This document shows positions 38,362-51,955 of a DNA stretch of 64,000 nt, in pieces. Source of the DNA: Haplodiscus bocki (taxonomy: Eukaryota); NCBI GenBank assembly GCA_965655095.1, contig OZ296649.1, positions 131,564,001 to 131,628,000 on the forward strand, written 5' to 3'. A program made the translations under genes and the position numbers. Numbering within the stretch: position 1 is the stretch's first letter; every line of letters begins with the position of its first letter. The notes beneath the pieces were generated by a model. The model searched no databases. It saw only the letters and a list, made by a program, of their open reading frames with translations, and was not told where the DNA came from.

Positions 38362-41300
38362 TATACAAAATAGGCAAAGGTTGGTTATAACAAAACTTTC
38401 GATATATGCAATGGTTTTCGGCTTTAGAAGTTATGGTAAAATCCGTGTCTTCAGAAGCTTCAGTTTGAGCAATTCTGTTGAAAGTGGATCTTTTTGAAGT
38501 GAATGGGTTGTCTCGACTAAAAAAAGTCACTAATAGTTGGTTTCTTCACTCGAGTGAGGTGCCGACTGAAATTAGGCAGATTCGCTTCTCCAATGCGTGG
38601 AAGGTAAATTTTGAGCTCAAATTGAGGCGTCTCAGAAAATTTGCGTGAAAACAATTTCAGCATGGAGAAATAGTTTTTGGAAATAAACTTGGCTTACCGT
38701 TCACTACTCAGTATTATTCTTTGAAAACAGTTAATTGAAAGTTTCCTCTAAAGTATATGGTCGATCCTTTAAAAAGAGCCTTCAAAACTGAGAGTCGTTC
38801 CTCGTTTACCGATGCTTTTCTAGGTATAGATTTCTTTAAATTTGCATTAACCTCCGAAATAAATTGAAATATGCAAATATATAGACTTCAGACAACATTT
38901 TGTTGATAATTTGGTCATATTGTTCTGCGACGATGCAAGACATATACGGAGTTCATTCGATAATTGTTATGTAATGTTTGGATGGATAATTCTTGATTTT
39001 TTGTGTAATGCAAAAGTCCGGGTTTGCGTTTTTGATGGTGCACTCTCTAGTATTTCAGTTGTCTTGTTCTCAGCAAATGCGAAATGTGACATAGCAGAAC
39101 GAATTTTGAGTAGGACAGTGTTTTCATTTCCTTTTTCTTCAATCGTAACGCCGACTTCCGTTTTCATTTTTTAATTTTGGAACAAAGTGTGAGTATTTGG
39201 GTGAGTTATTTATATCTCCATTATACATGCTGACGTACCAAAAAGATGAATTTTTGCACTTACGCAAGCAATTGTTGTCAAAGGCTTCTGCGAACTTTTT
39301 TCCGCTCCGTTCACTAGTCGCATTTGTACCTAGATTTTGACCAAAAAGACCAGTTAGTGGGACCTTTCGCGCCGCATTCGCATGCTCTACTCACTGCCAT
39401 TTCCGCTCGAGCATACGTATTTTTATGTAATGTTCCTAGATGTTGTTCATGCATTCTCTCTCGCTTTCTGGCCAAAATCTAATTCGCTTTCGCGCAGCTG
39501 CAAAAAAAGGCGTGGCCTAATTTGCAGTGTACACGCTGGTTTTAAATATTAACCAAATTAACTGTAGCCGGCCGTACTTGTTAGACTTATAAAATTGTTT
39601 ATAAAAATTAACTGAGTTCTTAAATTTCTGTTTAATTGTTCAATCAATAATTTTTGTAGTAGCTGGGCCTCTTCAAAAATTAGTTATGCTAATTTGATTT
39701 GCTCACTAGTATTCCGTTGGCGCAAGTGTTAAGAAGTGCAGCTTCGCCTCTGTGGTGAAAATTTGTCAATATTTGATATCAAATGACTATTCAAAATATG
39801 TTGCGAAGTTCCGCTTCGCCTCTGTGGATTTTTTTGGTGCAAGAAATCTAAGCGTGAAGTTTTTAAGCGAAGTTGTTGTTTAAAACATTGAAACTAGTCA
39901 AAGCGTGAAAATTCTCCGACTTCGGTGAAGTCCAAATTTTGAGATCCTCAGTAGTTTAGTTTGAAACTCTGCTAGTGCAGTATAGTTTCCTTCGGAGTCT
40001 ATACTTTTTGGTTTAATTTTTTGTTGAAATTTTTGTACGTGTCTTTAAACTCGCACTAATGTTCTGTGTGGTGTCGGCGCTGCACTCACGAGGAGTGTTT
40101 TGTGCAATTTTTCCTTGAATCGTTTTGTTTTCTCCGATTTGATTTGCGTTGGAAAACATCGTGTTATGTAACATATAGTATAGTAACATGTGCTGTGATT
40201 TTTGTCGATAGTGAGAGTTTGTCTGGTTCTATTCAGAAGAACTGGTGTTTTGTTCCACAATTGACTTCGTGTGCAATCTAAATGTGTGATTGCCTTGTAT
40301 TCCCTTGACTTACTCTAATTTATCAACTTTTATTCTGGCAGCTATACCTAAGTTTATTATGAATTTATTACAGTTGTTTTCAAACTGCCAACTTGTTTCG
40401 GTAAAACAACTCAAACTCTCCTGCTGCTCATTAGAATTGCGCACTGTTTGGCAGCAAAATGGCTTAGTGTTGAATTTCTATATTTTGCTGGCACTATATT
40501 CTGAACGAGTCTGTTTCGACGCTCTATTTTGAACGAGATTGTTTTCGGAAACAAGATCTTAAGGACCCGATTTTATATGCTTGAACATAATTTTGCTTCT
40601 TTCATCCTCTGAAGACTCTCTGCATCAAATTCAAATTGTCTAGTGTGAAAAATGTCGCCATAGAAGCGTTGCATATGTTGCTTTGTCGTCTGCAATAGCC
40701 TGTGAATACCAGTTTTAAGCGATTTATTCATATTCAAGTCTAAATGGGAGTTGCACTATCCGTTGCTGTCATAGCTTTTGAATGTTTAGTGTTGAAGTAG
40801 TCAAGGAAGCGACGTTAAGACTGGGGTTTGAAGTGTTGAGTTGGATTTTGCCCTAAGGAACCTAATCGAATTGTTTTTTGTTTGTTTATTATCGTGCTGA
40901 TCTTCAGAATCCGTAAACAAAATCGACACTATCAATTTTGGGTCAGTTAGATAGAATGAAAGACACACTTTTGCTCCAGCTGCTCAAAAACATGCATTCC
41001 GGTCTTGTTCACTTGTTGAGGCGAATCCATTGTCATATGGTTCCGCTTAATTGAACTGGGATAGAACATTAAAAGTTTATTGATATTACTGCTAATAATA
41101 TTCGCTACTTGCTGCTGGTGTTTACGTGCTGCCACCACTGAAGTTTATTAGTCGAGACTTATTTTGACCAGTGGAGAAATTAGAACGGACCGTATACTAG
41201 CTTCCCGAATTGGCCCTGTCTCCATTGTTGGGAATTGAGGAAACTTCGAGATTTTCAAAAGATTGGAGAAAGCAGTTTATTATAGCAACAGCTAATGTTT

Positions 41301-41639
41301 CGAAGGAAAACTATAATTTCTTGCCCGTATGGGGTGTGATTTTTATTGAGTCGCGAATTTGAAAGAAACCTGTTATGTCCATTCACAACAGTGACTTAAC
41401 AAGTCGGGAACAGCCAAGTCGGCGCCGCGCCGCCCGTAAACCTCTAAATATCCATGGAGTACGTTGATGGGGAATCGCGGCTTTTCCGACAAACAATTTG
41501 TAAAATCACGTTTTTACGGTAAAAGTTTTCCGAATGTTTTCAAAAAAACTTCTTGGAAAATCAAAATATTAATAGAGGGGTTCTTTGGTACGCTATTATC
41601 TGTCTGAAAAAGTCCTTAGTTCAAACATCTTTTGTAGAC

Positions 41640-42306
41640 CCCGGGTTGAAATCCCAGAGATAATCAGCGCTATTTCAGAGATTTGACGTTATTCAGCGCT
41701 GATTCGGAGAATATGAAAAATATCAGCGAAGTTTCAGAGCTGATCAGCTCTGATTTTCTGTGAATCGTTGGTCTTCAGCTCTGATTTTCTTAGCTCTGAA
41801 GCATTGGGTGTCCACCTCTGATTTACTCTGAATCAGATCTGAAATCAACACATACAGATGAGAATATCAAAATGTGATAAGGTAGTCAGAAGTGATAAAA
41901 ACGCAAAAAGTGATCCTCAAGATGGCAATTTCGATATTGAAGAAAACGTCAATTTCCCCAATATTCTGCAAAATGGCAGCAAAAACTCAATTTCTTCGAG
42001 ATAATCTTAATTCTGTGGTTCACTTCTTTTCGCAAATTGGGCTGAAAATCAGAATTATCTGCTTCGAAAACGAGGTACTTCTAAAGTTTGAAATTGAAAA
42101 ACATAAACGAAAGTTATTCTGAATTGGTTAGAAATCAGCTGATTCAGCGCTGATTTTTGCTCTAAAAAATTTCGTCTTCAGCACTGTTCACAGCTGAATC
42201 AGCACTGTTCAGAGATTTTCAGGTAATGAACAGCGCTGAATCAGAACTGAACCATTTCTGAATCAGAGCTGATCAGTGCTAACTGTCTCTGAAACGTCCA
42301 CTCGGG
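41640..42306. mobile_element. Non-autonomous TIR element with CCC...GGG termini and many palindromic TCAGCGCTGA/TCAGAGCTGA subterminal repeats (CMC/EnSpm-like)
   Basis: The left end cccgggttgaaatcccagagataatcagcgct matches the reverse-complemented right end cccgagtggacgtttcagagacagttagcact at 22/32 positions. Repeat clusters sit at both ends. Confidence 0.65.
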
Positions 42307-43611
42307 ATTCCTTTGCGTAAACTTTTTTGGTATATTTAAGGTGGCTACCACGAAAAAATATTGGGCCGAAGGTGCTTTTTTTTCATTCGTATATACGCTG
42401 TTTTACGTTCGTGGACTGTATGTAATCCTGGTATTTTGGCACTAAATTGAATGGGCACCCTGAAAATATTTTGACCCAAACATTGTGTAGTTTTACGCGG
42501 TGAAAAAATAATGTACTGGTGAACTTTTTTACAGAAGCGCGGGCTAAAAATGTGCAAGTTCATTTCTAAAAAATGGGAAAAGTTTTATGATCTATTGGGA
42601 GTTGTCACGGCCGGCATTCTCTTCACGTTTAGGGTCATAGCTTTTGAGAAAGGATTTGAAAATATTTTGATAATGGAGGAAAAAGTTAGATTGGTTCATG
42701 ATTTTGTCCGTCATGTGTTACAAATGGCCTTTGTGGGACACTAAGATCGGATGGAGTAAGCATTTGTATGTATGTGCAAAGAAAATTATGGCCGGTGTAG
42801 TGTCTACGACCGAGCAAGTGTGACGAAAGTGTTCATTGAACCGAAACTTAATGTCACAACTATGAGATGGTTTTTGCACATCAACTATCGCGTGTTAATA
42901 ATCATACACTACTATCGTATTACACTCACTACTCCACACACAAGGCACTTCTTGAGTAAATGGCCGTCATTCCTTGCCCATATCTTTGACCATCAAACAA
43001 TCCAAAATATACTCGCTTCTTTCGTATTATATCGGCTTCTGTTGACAACGGAAGTCTCATTTCTTGGTTTCATGATCAATTGTGCCATTATTGGTAATGC
43101 TATTGTGACATATAACAAAATTTTATTTATGTCAATCTGTCAAATTTTCATCTATTTCTTTTCAACATAATTTGTAAGGTTTGTGCTAATGAGGTTTTTT
43201 CATGCCGGTTGAACGTTTTTATTCTTGAATTTGCAAGTTCAACTTAATTTAGAGTTTTTTGGAAAGAAACGATTGGATCGAAAAACCAAAGTCTATGATT
43301 TTCCTCCCGACTTTGTCTTTCAACAAAATTTTTCGTTAAACTTGTAATTGTTGATTGTCTACCTTAAAGAAGTACCTTTTTTAAATCAGTGCCATTAGTT
43401 ACTGATTTGCTTCTGAAGGCATTGCTGAAACTTTTCTTGTGAAGGCAGGAATGCTGCTAACCAATGAACAGAAACGTGGCTGATCATTTTATCATCGCTA
43501 AAAAACATTTATTGCATTTCGTCATCATTTACCGACATCGCGGAACTTTTGAAGCTACTAATTTTGGGATCCTTACTTATCACCCAAATTATTGATCTTT
43601 AATATCGGGAA

Positions 43612-45947
43612 ATGTCAAATTCCACGGAGTGTGGAAATGGATGCACATCTACTTATTTAGAACAAGGGACAAGTAATGCTAACTGTATTAGCAACCTGTT
43701 AGATACAACCTCTTGCATCGCAACTGATTATTCCACTAGACCACTTTCTGGGCATCATCAAATTGATTCTTGGTCGCAGCAGTATCGGCAAGCCCAACAA
43801 CACCAAGGATCGACCTGTTACCGCGACAGCTCCAGTTTAAAGCGACTAACAGCATCAACCTCGAATACGATGATGGAGCATAGAGCAGGCGACGGTGCTG
43901 GAGCAGGAACAGGAGCTGCTACATCAACACTAGCACGAGCAATCCACCATGTGGAATCATCGACGAAACCGTTACATGAAGATGACACAAATTGTGCTTC
44001 TGCAACCACTGCAGAAGCACTGGCATGTGATGCCACCGAGGGAACATCAGCAACAGCGGCGGCGTCTTCAACCTGCAACACCTCAGCATCGGCTAATGAT
44101 GATCAATCAAATGTGACGAAAAACAGCAGTACAACAACAACAGCAGTGTCAGCAGACGTGGCAGCCGCCGCAGCAGCAGCACAGTACACTTTGAAATCCC
44201 TCTCCAGTACTCTCCAGTACCACGATAATGAAGCGCATGTATTGCATCAACATCAACAACCTCTCGTTGCGTCAAACTATGTCACAGGTTGCAATAATTG
44301 CTTTATCATCATCATCATCACTGCGCTCTGCTCTTTCAGGTAACTCTCTCCGAGATTTCAATTGTAGTCAACTTATGTCTGACATTTGTTATCAAAATGA
44401 ATTCTATTGAAAAGCTGCCTTAAACAAGGCCTTAATTTTAAAGATGTTTTTTTTTCAATTCTCATTTTCGCGTTTCTTTGCGCAGAATCTGCTAAAAGAT
44501 ATACAGGTGTATAAATACAATTCTAACGATGTTTTTATGCGGAAATAGATGGAGAATATTTTGTGGCAGATAAAAACTCCATTAACGATCGCTGTAATCG
44601 TCATAGTCATATAACAAATCAAATGTTATATTTTACACGCAATGCGAGCTAATTGTTTTTTAATAGCGCCAAGTGTTTATAAGCCTTTTCTGCAACAGCA
44701 TAAACAGAGCGCATTGGTGACTGCTGTTTTGCAATTTCTGCTACAGGTGGCAGTAATACCATTCAGACACTTCATCAATTTCGGGTATCTTCGCATCAGC
44801 AGCAGCAGCATCATCATAATACTCTGCAAAATAAAACTTTGATGCACAATGGAAAAGTGCAGACCTCGATTCTGAAAAAGTCAACTAGTGCCGTCAGTGC
44901 CGCCTACGCCCATCCATATCCCGGCTACAGCAGCAATATCAATCAATGTTTATCCCCCACTCCCTATATGACATCCTCAAAATCAGCCGATTCTATCTCA
45001 AATCTAACTTCAACATTGGATCGCCACACAGTCCGTGGTTGTGGAGGTTACGGTGCCACTAGACGTGCTACTCACCTTAATGCGTCGTCGGCTCTTCCTT
45101 CCTCTTTCTCAAGTTACAGTTTCAATTATAACCTAATTAACAACACTTCACAGCAGCAACCCCAACCCCCCTTTTCTTCTATAGCGTCACCCACATGCGC
45201 CGCTGGAGGGAGTCAGACTCAGAATAACAATAGCAACTTCAAACGAAACTCATCATCAATCATTCCATTGCGACATCAACCCATTGGTAATCAGAACTTC
45301 CCTGACGTATTTTGCCACAATCATAGGTAACGCTTCTCGCCCTCTGATTATTTATGTTCTATTTTGAGAAAACTGACTTTTTGTTTCGAAATTATTCACC
45401 CATGAAGTATTCTTTCGTAATTAAAGTTCAAAGACTGCTGAAATGACAAGCACATAGTTTTTCAAATTGGTAGGTTTTCCATTCTGGATTTTTAATTTCA
45501 ATTTCCTCCAAGTCTTTGTTTCTGATTTAATAATTAGTTTTTCGAAAAGAAAGTAATTTAATTGACCAGCGTTACCTATAATAATGTTCTCAACCTAGTG
45601 CTGTAATGCCGAGTGACAGTTATCACAGCTTTTTCACCCCTTCATCCAACAGTATATCTACCATACCCCAAGCTTACGAGTATCATCCATTGTGTTCCAA
45701 CGCCGCGTCTCCATGCGAAGAGAAAAGTCACTTCGGCAAATTGGGCACCGAGGGCGCTGAAGTAGTGGTGCACACCTCGACTGGTGGTCCGCCTGTATCA
45801 TGTCGGGACCTGATAGTCCTCACTTTCATCGCCGCCATTCTCATGGGCATGACTCTAGCGTTTCTGGTCACGCTCTGGTTTTTTCTGGAACAAATTGAAT
45901 GCACTTCGGAGGGAAACTGCAAAAACCGACATGCGCCATTCACATGA
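43612..45947 (+). CDS. Three-exon coding region (43612 or 43661-44287, 44747-45326, 45599-45947) for a low-complexity S/T/A/Q-rich protein with a C-terminal transmembrane helix
   Basis: Three long, GC-richer ORFs joined in frame by GT-AG introns. The intron-2 join is clean: cat ag|gtaacg...caacctag|t gct gta atg. Intron 1 fits either 44287>44747 (phase 1) or 44339>44754 (phase 2). The hydrophobic run LIVLTFIAAILMGMTLAFLVTLWFFL lies 19 aa before the stop. Length is 534 aa if started at ATG 43612 with the 44287>44747 join. Confidence 0.8.
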
Positions 45948-46093
45948 GGAACAAAAGAAGCTGTGATAATTCATTCAAGAATTCATTGACACGCTTTTAG
46001 TTGACCTTTTTCTGTTGGCCGTCAGATTTTATGTTGAATTATTGATCGATCAGTTGTTGTAAATTTAGCATCATTGTTTTTGTAATAGAATGA

Positions 46094-46099
46094 AATAAA
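46094..46099 (+). promoter_or_regulatory. Candidate polyadenylation signal AATAAA
   Basis: First AATAAA ~150 bp after the stop codon at 45947. Confidence 0.4.
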
Positions 46100-47872
46100 T
46101 GTTCAGAAAATGGTGGAAAATAACCAGTGAAGATGAGGTGGCAATTTTGGTGAGATAGGAATCAGATAAACAGCCTTCCTTTAAGTTCTTTTCAAACGAG
46201 CTTGAAAATTGTCCAATCATTTGGGTTCAAAAACTTTGGAATAGTTGAAAATAGAAGGATAGATTGTAGTTGCTGGGACCATAGGGTTGCACCCAATTTG
46301 AGAATATGAGGGTAGAATGATAGTGTAGACTTATTGGACCGGTTTTTTATATTCCCCTCTGCTTATTTTACTAACTTGGAGAAAAATGAAAATCTTCAAT
46401 GACTACATTGATCAATCTGTAAAAACTATTTTTGCTAAAAAGCAATTGTTTTATTACAGTAAAATTGTTTCACAAATTTGAAGTTCGGGATGGAGTAGGA
46501 AAAACTAGTAAATTCAAGTTTTTTAATGCAATATTCACTATGTTTCAAATGCAGTAGTTGACTTACAATGCATAATATTGACAGTAAAAATGACATTCTC
46601 GACATGTGATGACATAAAATGGCTTCTGTTTGAATTTCGACATAATTGCAACGTTGTCTTGACCTTTTTATCCCCGAACGCATTTTTTGTGGGGAGGAGA
46701 GGGAGGACATAGGAATAACATGGTCTGACCTAATTTTCACTGTTGTGTATAAAATTTGAAAATCACGAGTATATGTAAAATTAACGCCGTCAGTTGACAT
46801 TCGGTCTGTAAGTATGGGTGTTTCAGAGGAAGACAAAAGGTGCGACTGCAAGCAAACTGGATGAACATGTTCAGTCACCTAGCACTGTTGCCTACAGGGA
46901 AAACCAGAATAATTATCATCTATAATAAGATCTCTTTAGCTTAATTATTTTCAACCACATATGTGGCAAAGCAAAAAGAATAAACTTTCATAGCTAACTC
47001 TTTGAAATGTGCTTCCACTTTATGCGGGCCACCATAATTTCCTTTCTTGCAAGACGTACTTTCGCACTTCCTAAATCGGAGACGCCTTGACAGCACACTG
47101 AAACCTTGAGTGAAATAAATTGAAAGTTTCAAATGGGTGCCAATTTTTCGTCTTATTGAGTTCATTTTCGCCATTTTGCAGTTTCTTGAGTTCTCTATAA
47201 AATGAAAACAGTATAGGAATCGAACTTTATTGTTGCTAATACAATTACTCTCGTTCAGTTTGGAAAATATGTATAGTTTAGTTTTAGTTTCGTTTCGTTT
47301 CATCAGTCGGGTCCACTAAGTTTACTGCACGCTCAAAGAGCATTCAAAACCTTCAAGAAGTTGTAATTGCTACTAACCAAACTGTCAACTTAATCAACTG
47401 AAAAACTTTTGAGCAGTTTTGAATCAGTTGGCTTTTGATTTGCCTTTTCACATGCTTGCACTTCATAAAAGTTTCGTGTTACAAAAGTGAAAGGTTTTGG
47501 TACTTCGTCTCAGCCAGCGAAAATTCTTTCTTGTCGATATTCTTCAATCATAAAGATGACAGTGGTTGTGTTTAACTTGAGTTTTGATTACTTTATTTAG
47601 TAATATGTTTTGGTACTTGATTAATTTGTATTAACTTTTCTGTTCGTTATTTTTTATCTGATTGTTATTTACATTTTTATGACTTGTGACAACATTTATA
47701 GCCAGAAGATTAACAGGTATGTATTGGCCACCAATGGGTTCAAAGTTTTCTTTTTTTCATTATATATCTGCTTTTAACATGAGTGGTCCTCTATTTCGCT
47801 TTTAAATGACAGGAACAATGATTATAATCATGTGTGACTCGTTGGCTCATCACTGTGTGGATGCTTCTGATT

Positions 47873-50056
47873 ATTATAATAATTATTATGGATGCGAGAC
47901 AAAACCGCCAATTTTAGAGTGGGACAAAACAGCCGATTTTAAAACGGGACAAAATTGCCGATTTTGATAATGAGACAAAACCACCGATTTTAAAGTGGGA
48001 CAAAATCGCCGATTCATAATAATACAGATCGCTAGTCTTTGCGATAAGAGTTGTTCAAGATAAAAGCGTCTTGGCCTAATTACGTATAATTAGCAATTAA
48101 AATACTGCTATACTAATGAAATGGTTATACTCCAAAATACCAAACCCAAAATAACTAAGCCCAAAAAACCCAAAGTCAAAAAAATTTCAACCAAAATTTG
48201 TTTTTGTTAAAAGCCAAGTTAAATTCTGGAGGGCCACGAACAAAAAATTATGAAAATTGATAATCCCAATATCTGCAAAACTAAATTTTCTGTCATCTAA
48301 TGAAATGCCAATGAAACCAAAATACTACTACAAAAAACAACCTATTTCAATTTTTGCGCCATTTAATTTTCTGATTTTTCTTGATACTCAATTGCATGAA
48401 ACGAAATTATCCAAATAGACCATTTCTGAATTTTCTGGCAATGGTATTTGTTTTTTCAGGAGAAATTTTAGGATCTTCTCTTTTAATTCCCCCCCCCCCA
48501 CGCCACGCAGAAGCGAACTCGTCTCTGATTGGCTAAAAGTCACTCGTGCGTGAGTTAAAACATTCCGCCGATTATTATTTCGCATATCCATTTTGGTGGG
48601 GGGGGGAGTAGTTAAATCAGTGGGGGGGGGGGAATTAACAAAAGATCTAAATTTTAATTATTCAGAGGAGTTCGGTACACAAGAGATAGGGGGTGGGTAC
48701 CACAAATTTAGGTTAAATGGAAGCGAGGGTTTCAATAAAATCGTTGGTGTTGGCATTCTCGAAAATTTGTTGGCCGCAAAAAGTGGAGGAAATTGCATTA
48801 AGTTCGTGGTATCTCATTTTCTAATAGTGATTGGTACTATAATTGCTAATTATTGATAATTAGGCCCAGACGCTTTTATCAGTGAAACAATTTTCATAGA
48901 GTCCCATTTTAAATGAGACAAAACCACCGTTTTTAAAGTGGGACAAAATCGCCGATTCATAATAATACAGATCGCTAGTCTTTGCTAAGATAAGAGTTGT
49001 TCAAGATAAAAGCGTCTTGGCCTAATTACGGATAATTAGCAATTAAAATACTATTATACTAATGAAATGGTTATACTCCAAAATACCAGACCCAAAATAA
49101 CTAAGCCCAAAAAACCCAAAGTCAAAAAAATTCTAACCAAAATTTAAGTTTTTGTTAAAATCCAAGTTAAATTCTGGAGGGCCACGAACAGAAATTTATG
49201 AAAATTGATAGTTCCAATATCTGCAAAACTAATTTTTCTGTCATCTAATGAAATGCCAATGAAACCAAAATACTACTACAAAAAACAACCTATTTCAATT
49301 TTTGCGCCATTTAATTTTCTGATTTTTCTTGATACTCAATTGCATGAAACGAAATTATCCAAATAGACCATTTCTGAATTTTCTGGCAATGGTGTTTGTT
49401 TTTTCAGGAGAAATTTTAGGATCTTCTCTTTTAATTCCCCCCCTCGCAGAAGTGAACTCGTCTCTGATTGGCTAAAAGTCACTCGTGCGTGAGTTAAAAC
49501 ATTCGGCCGATTATTTTTTCGCATATCCATTATGGTGGGGGGGGGGGGGGGGGGAGTAGTTAAATCAGTGGGGGGGGAATTAACAAAAGATCCAATTTTT
49601 AATTATTCAGAGGAGTTCGGTACACAAGAGATAGGTGGTGGGTACCACAAATTTAGGTTAATTGGAAGCGAGGGTTTCACTAAAATCGTTGGTGTTGGCA
49701 TTCTCGAAAATTTATTAGCCGCAAAAAGTGGAGGAAATTGCATTAAGTTCGTGGTATCTCATTTTCTAATAGTAATTGGTAATATAATTGCTAATTATTG
49801 ATAATTAGGCCCAGACGCTTTTATCAGTGAAACAATTTTCATAGAATCCCGTTTTAAATGAGACAAAATTGGCGGTTTTGTCTCATTTTCGAAATCAGCG
49901 GTTTTCTCGCATTTTCGGAATCGGCCTTTTTGTCTCATTTTCGGAATCGGCAATTTTGTCTCATTTTCGGAATCGGCGGTATTGTCCCGTTTCCAAAATC
50001 GGCAATTTTGTCTCATTTAAAATCGGCTCTTTTGTCCTGCCCCCAATTATTATAAT
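47873..50056. mobile_element. Foldback-type element with inverted arrays of a ~24-bp unit and an internal ~945-bp tandem duplication
   Basis: Termini are attataataatt / aattattataat. The left array (tgagacaaaa..gccgatttt)n spans 47895-48015 and the inverted array spans 49870-50040. aatgagacaaaa at 47969, 48912 and 49857 delimits two near-identical internal copies. Confidence 0.8.
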
Positions 50057-51428
50057 CAAAATACTTTATGATCTTTTTCAAGTCTCATATTCAACCAACA
50101 AACAATGCAGCACTCTGATTGCGCGCTACTTGCTTTTTTTTTCATTTCAAAGCAATCAAAATATGTTTTCCGAATGAGCGGTTGAGTTTTGGATATTGGG
50201 AATTTTTAGTTGGGGCTGTGCTAAAAAGTGTCTGATATTACACTAACTTTTTCTTGAGACGCTTGCACTATCTTCGAGTGGTTCCAAATACTTCTGAGAT
50301 TCCCATGTAGTCTATAAATTTCCTAGAAGTTCATCTACGAAATTGGTTCGCTTTGAGACGAAAAATAATCGGATACTCCTCTTCATAATGTCATCCGAAA
50401 AACTCAAGTCTCCTCCGACGAGTGTTCCACCTGACAGACGGCGACCACTCGCGATGTTTCCGACTTGTTACCGATTTCTCCTAGTAACAAGACGAACGAC
50501 AATTTTGTTAAAGATACCTTTTACAAGGATGAATGAAAAATACCCATCAAAGTTTCCAACTTCAAAAATTTTCTTATTTTTTGCAAAAAACCTCTTAAGG
50601 TGGAAAAGATATTTTAAATAAATGTTATCATTTCATACGCATTACACAGCTAATTTGCTTCCTTTTCCCGATTCTGAAAAGTTACACTTTTTTTCTCAAA
50701 AAACACCTACCTTTTTATAAAATACGTACTTTTTGGAATTTTACTATTTGATTTGAATTCTACGGCAAATTTGCTTTTATTTGGTGGTAAAGAATTTACA
50801 AGTTCAGAATCGTGCAATTGGCAAGTAGACATTAAAAAACGCACGCTCTGAGACTTTCTTCCATATTATAAATCTGGTAGAAAATTATAAATGTGGAGCT
50901 AAACAAAAAACTATGAATTTCAATAAAACTCGAATGATCGTTTGAAAAGCCTCTCAATGTGCCTTTTTTTCAAAGCGACAAATTTAGGACTCTGTGGCAG
51001 TGCCTCTGGCCATGTTGAATTTCATAGTTCAAAAATTTTCCTCATTTATATCAAATCAAATTTATATCAGATCTGTTTGATAATTAAAAGGTAGAGTTCT
51101 TTTTCATATGCTTGCTTCGGCCTCGAGAATTTCAGGTTAAGGTATTTTGTGCTTAATAAGTCACGTGATTTGACGTAGGATATGAATCGTCATCGCATTC
51201 TTATAAATCAACACAACTTTTCTTGCCGCTAACAAAAACCTTATTTGTGTCCAGATATTTTCCCCACGTTTCACGTGTTCCCACCGACTCTTCCAAACGT
51301 CATCATCATCATAGCCTCCGTGCAATGTTCACTTCTTCATTCTTGGCCCTAAACAAACTGTTTTTGACACTGTAAGGAGGATCTGTAGTGTGCTGACGTC
51401 AGACCACTTATCGTTCAACTTCCCATGA

Positions 51429-51569
51429 TTACTTCTCCTTATGTCCTTTCTCTGAGTCATTGTCATCAGTACGCACCGTCCTTATTGTTTCGTTCAGGTC
51501 AGTTTGTGAACTCGTAAACAACACTGCCAGGGGATTGTCGTCGTGATTTTTTCCAAAAAGGGAATAATG
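51429..51569 (-). CDS. Possible terminal exon of a minus-strand gene
   Basis: The minus strand reads ...ttttcgagcag|HYSLFGKNHDDNPLAVLFTSSQTDLNETIRTVRTDDNDSEKGHKEK*. It is hydrophilic and GC-richer than its flanks, but no partner exon was confirmed. Confidence 0.22.
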   Translation of the reverse strand, partial: HYSLFGKNHDDNPLAVLFTSSQTDLNETIRTVRTDDNDSEKGHKEK

Positions 51570-51955
51570 CTGCTCGAAAATTGGGGAGCAAAATTATTGT
51601 TCAAAGTTAATTAGGAACATCCCACATAAATTTATCCAAAAAGTTTTAAAATCAATTGTAACGACATAGATTCGAACCCATACCTTTCGCGTCTGAAATA
51701 TTAGTCATACGGACATCGACATTGCAATTCAAAATTTCTCAAGCATCAAATAAAAAATTGTAAAATGTCAAAAAATGACGGTACCCATTGAATGATTTCA
51801 AATTCATTTCAAAACCAAAAATAAAAAATGAGGCTTCTGCAAGCTTCAATTCATGTTTCGTTTTTTTTTTGGCATTAAGCACTTCGCAAATCGATTTGTG
51901 AGTTGCCGCTTGAGTGAAAATGGAGCGAATAATTTCTACTTAATTGCTTTCATTC

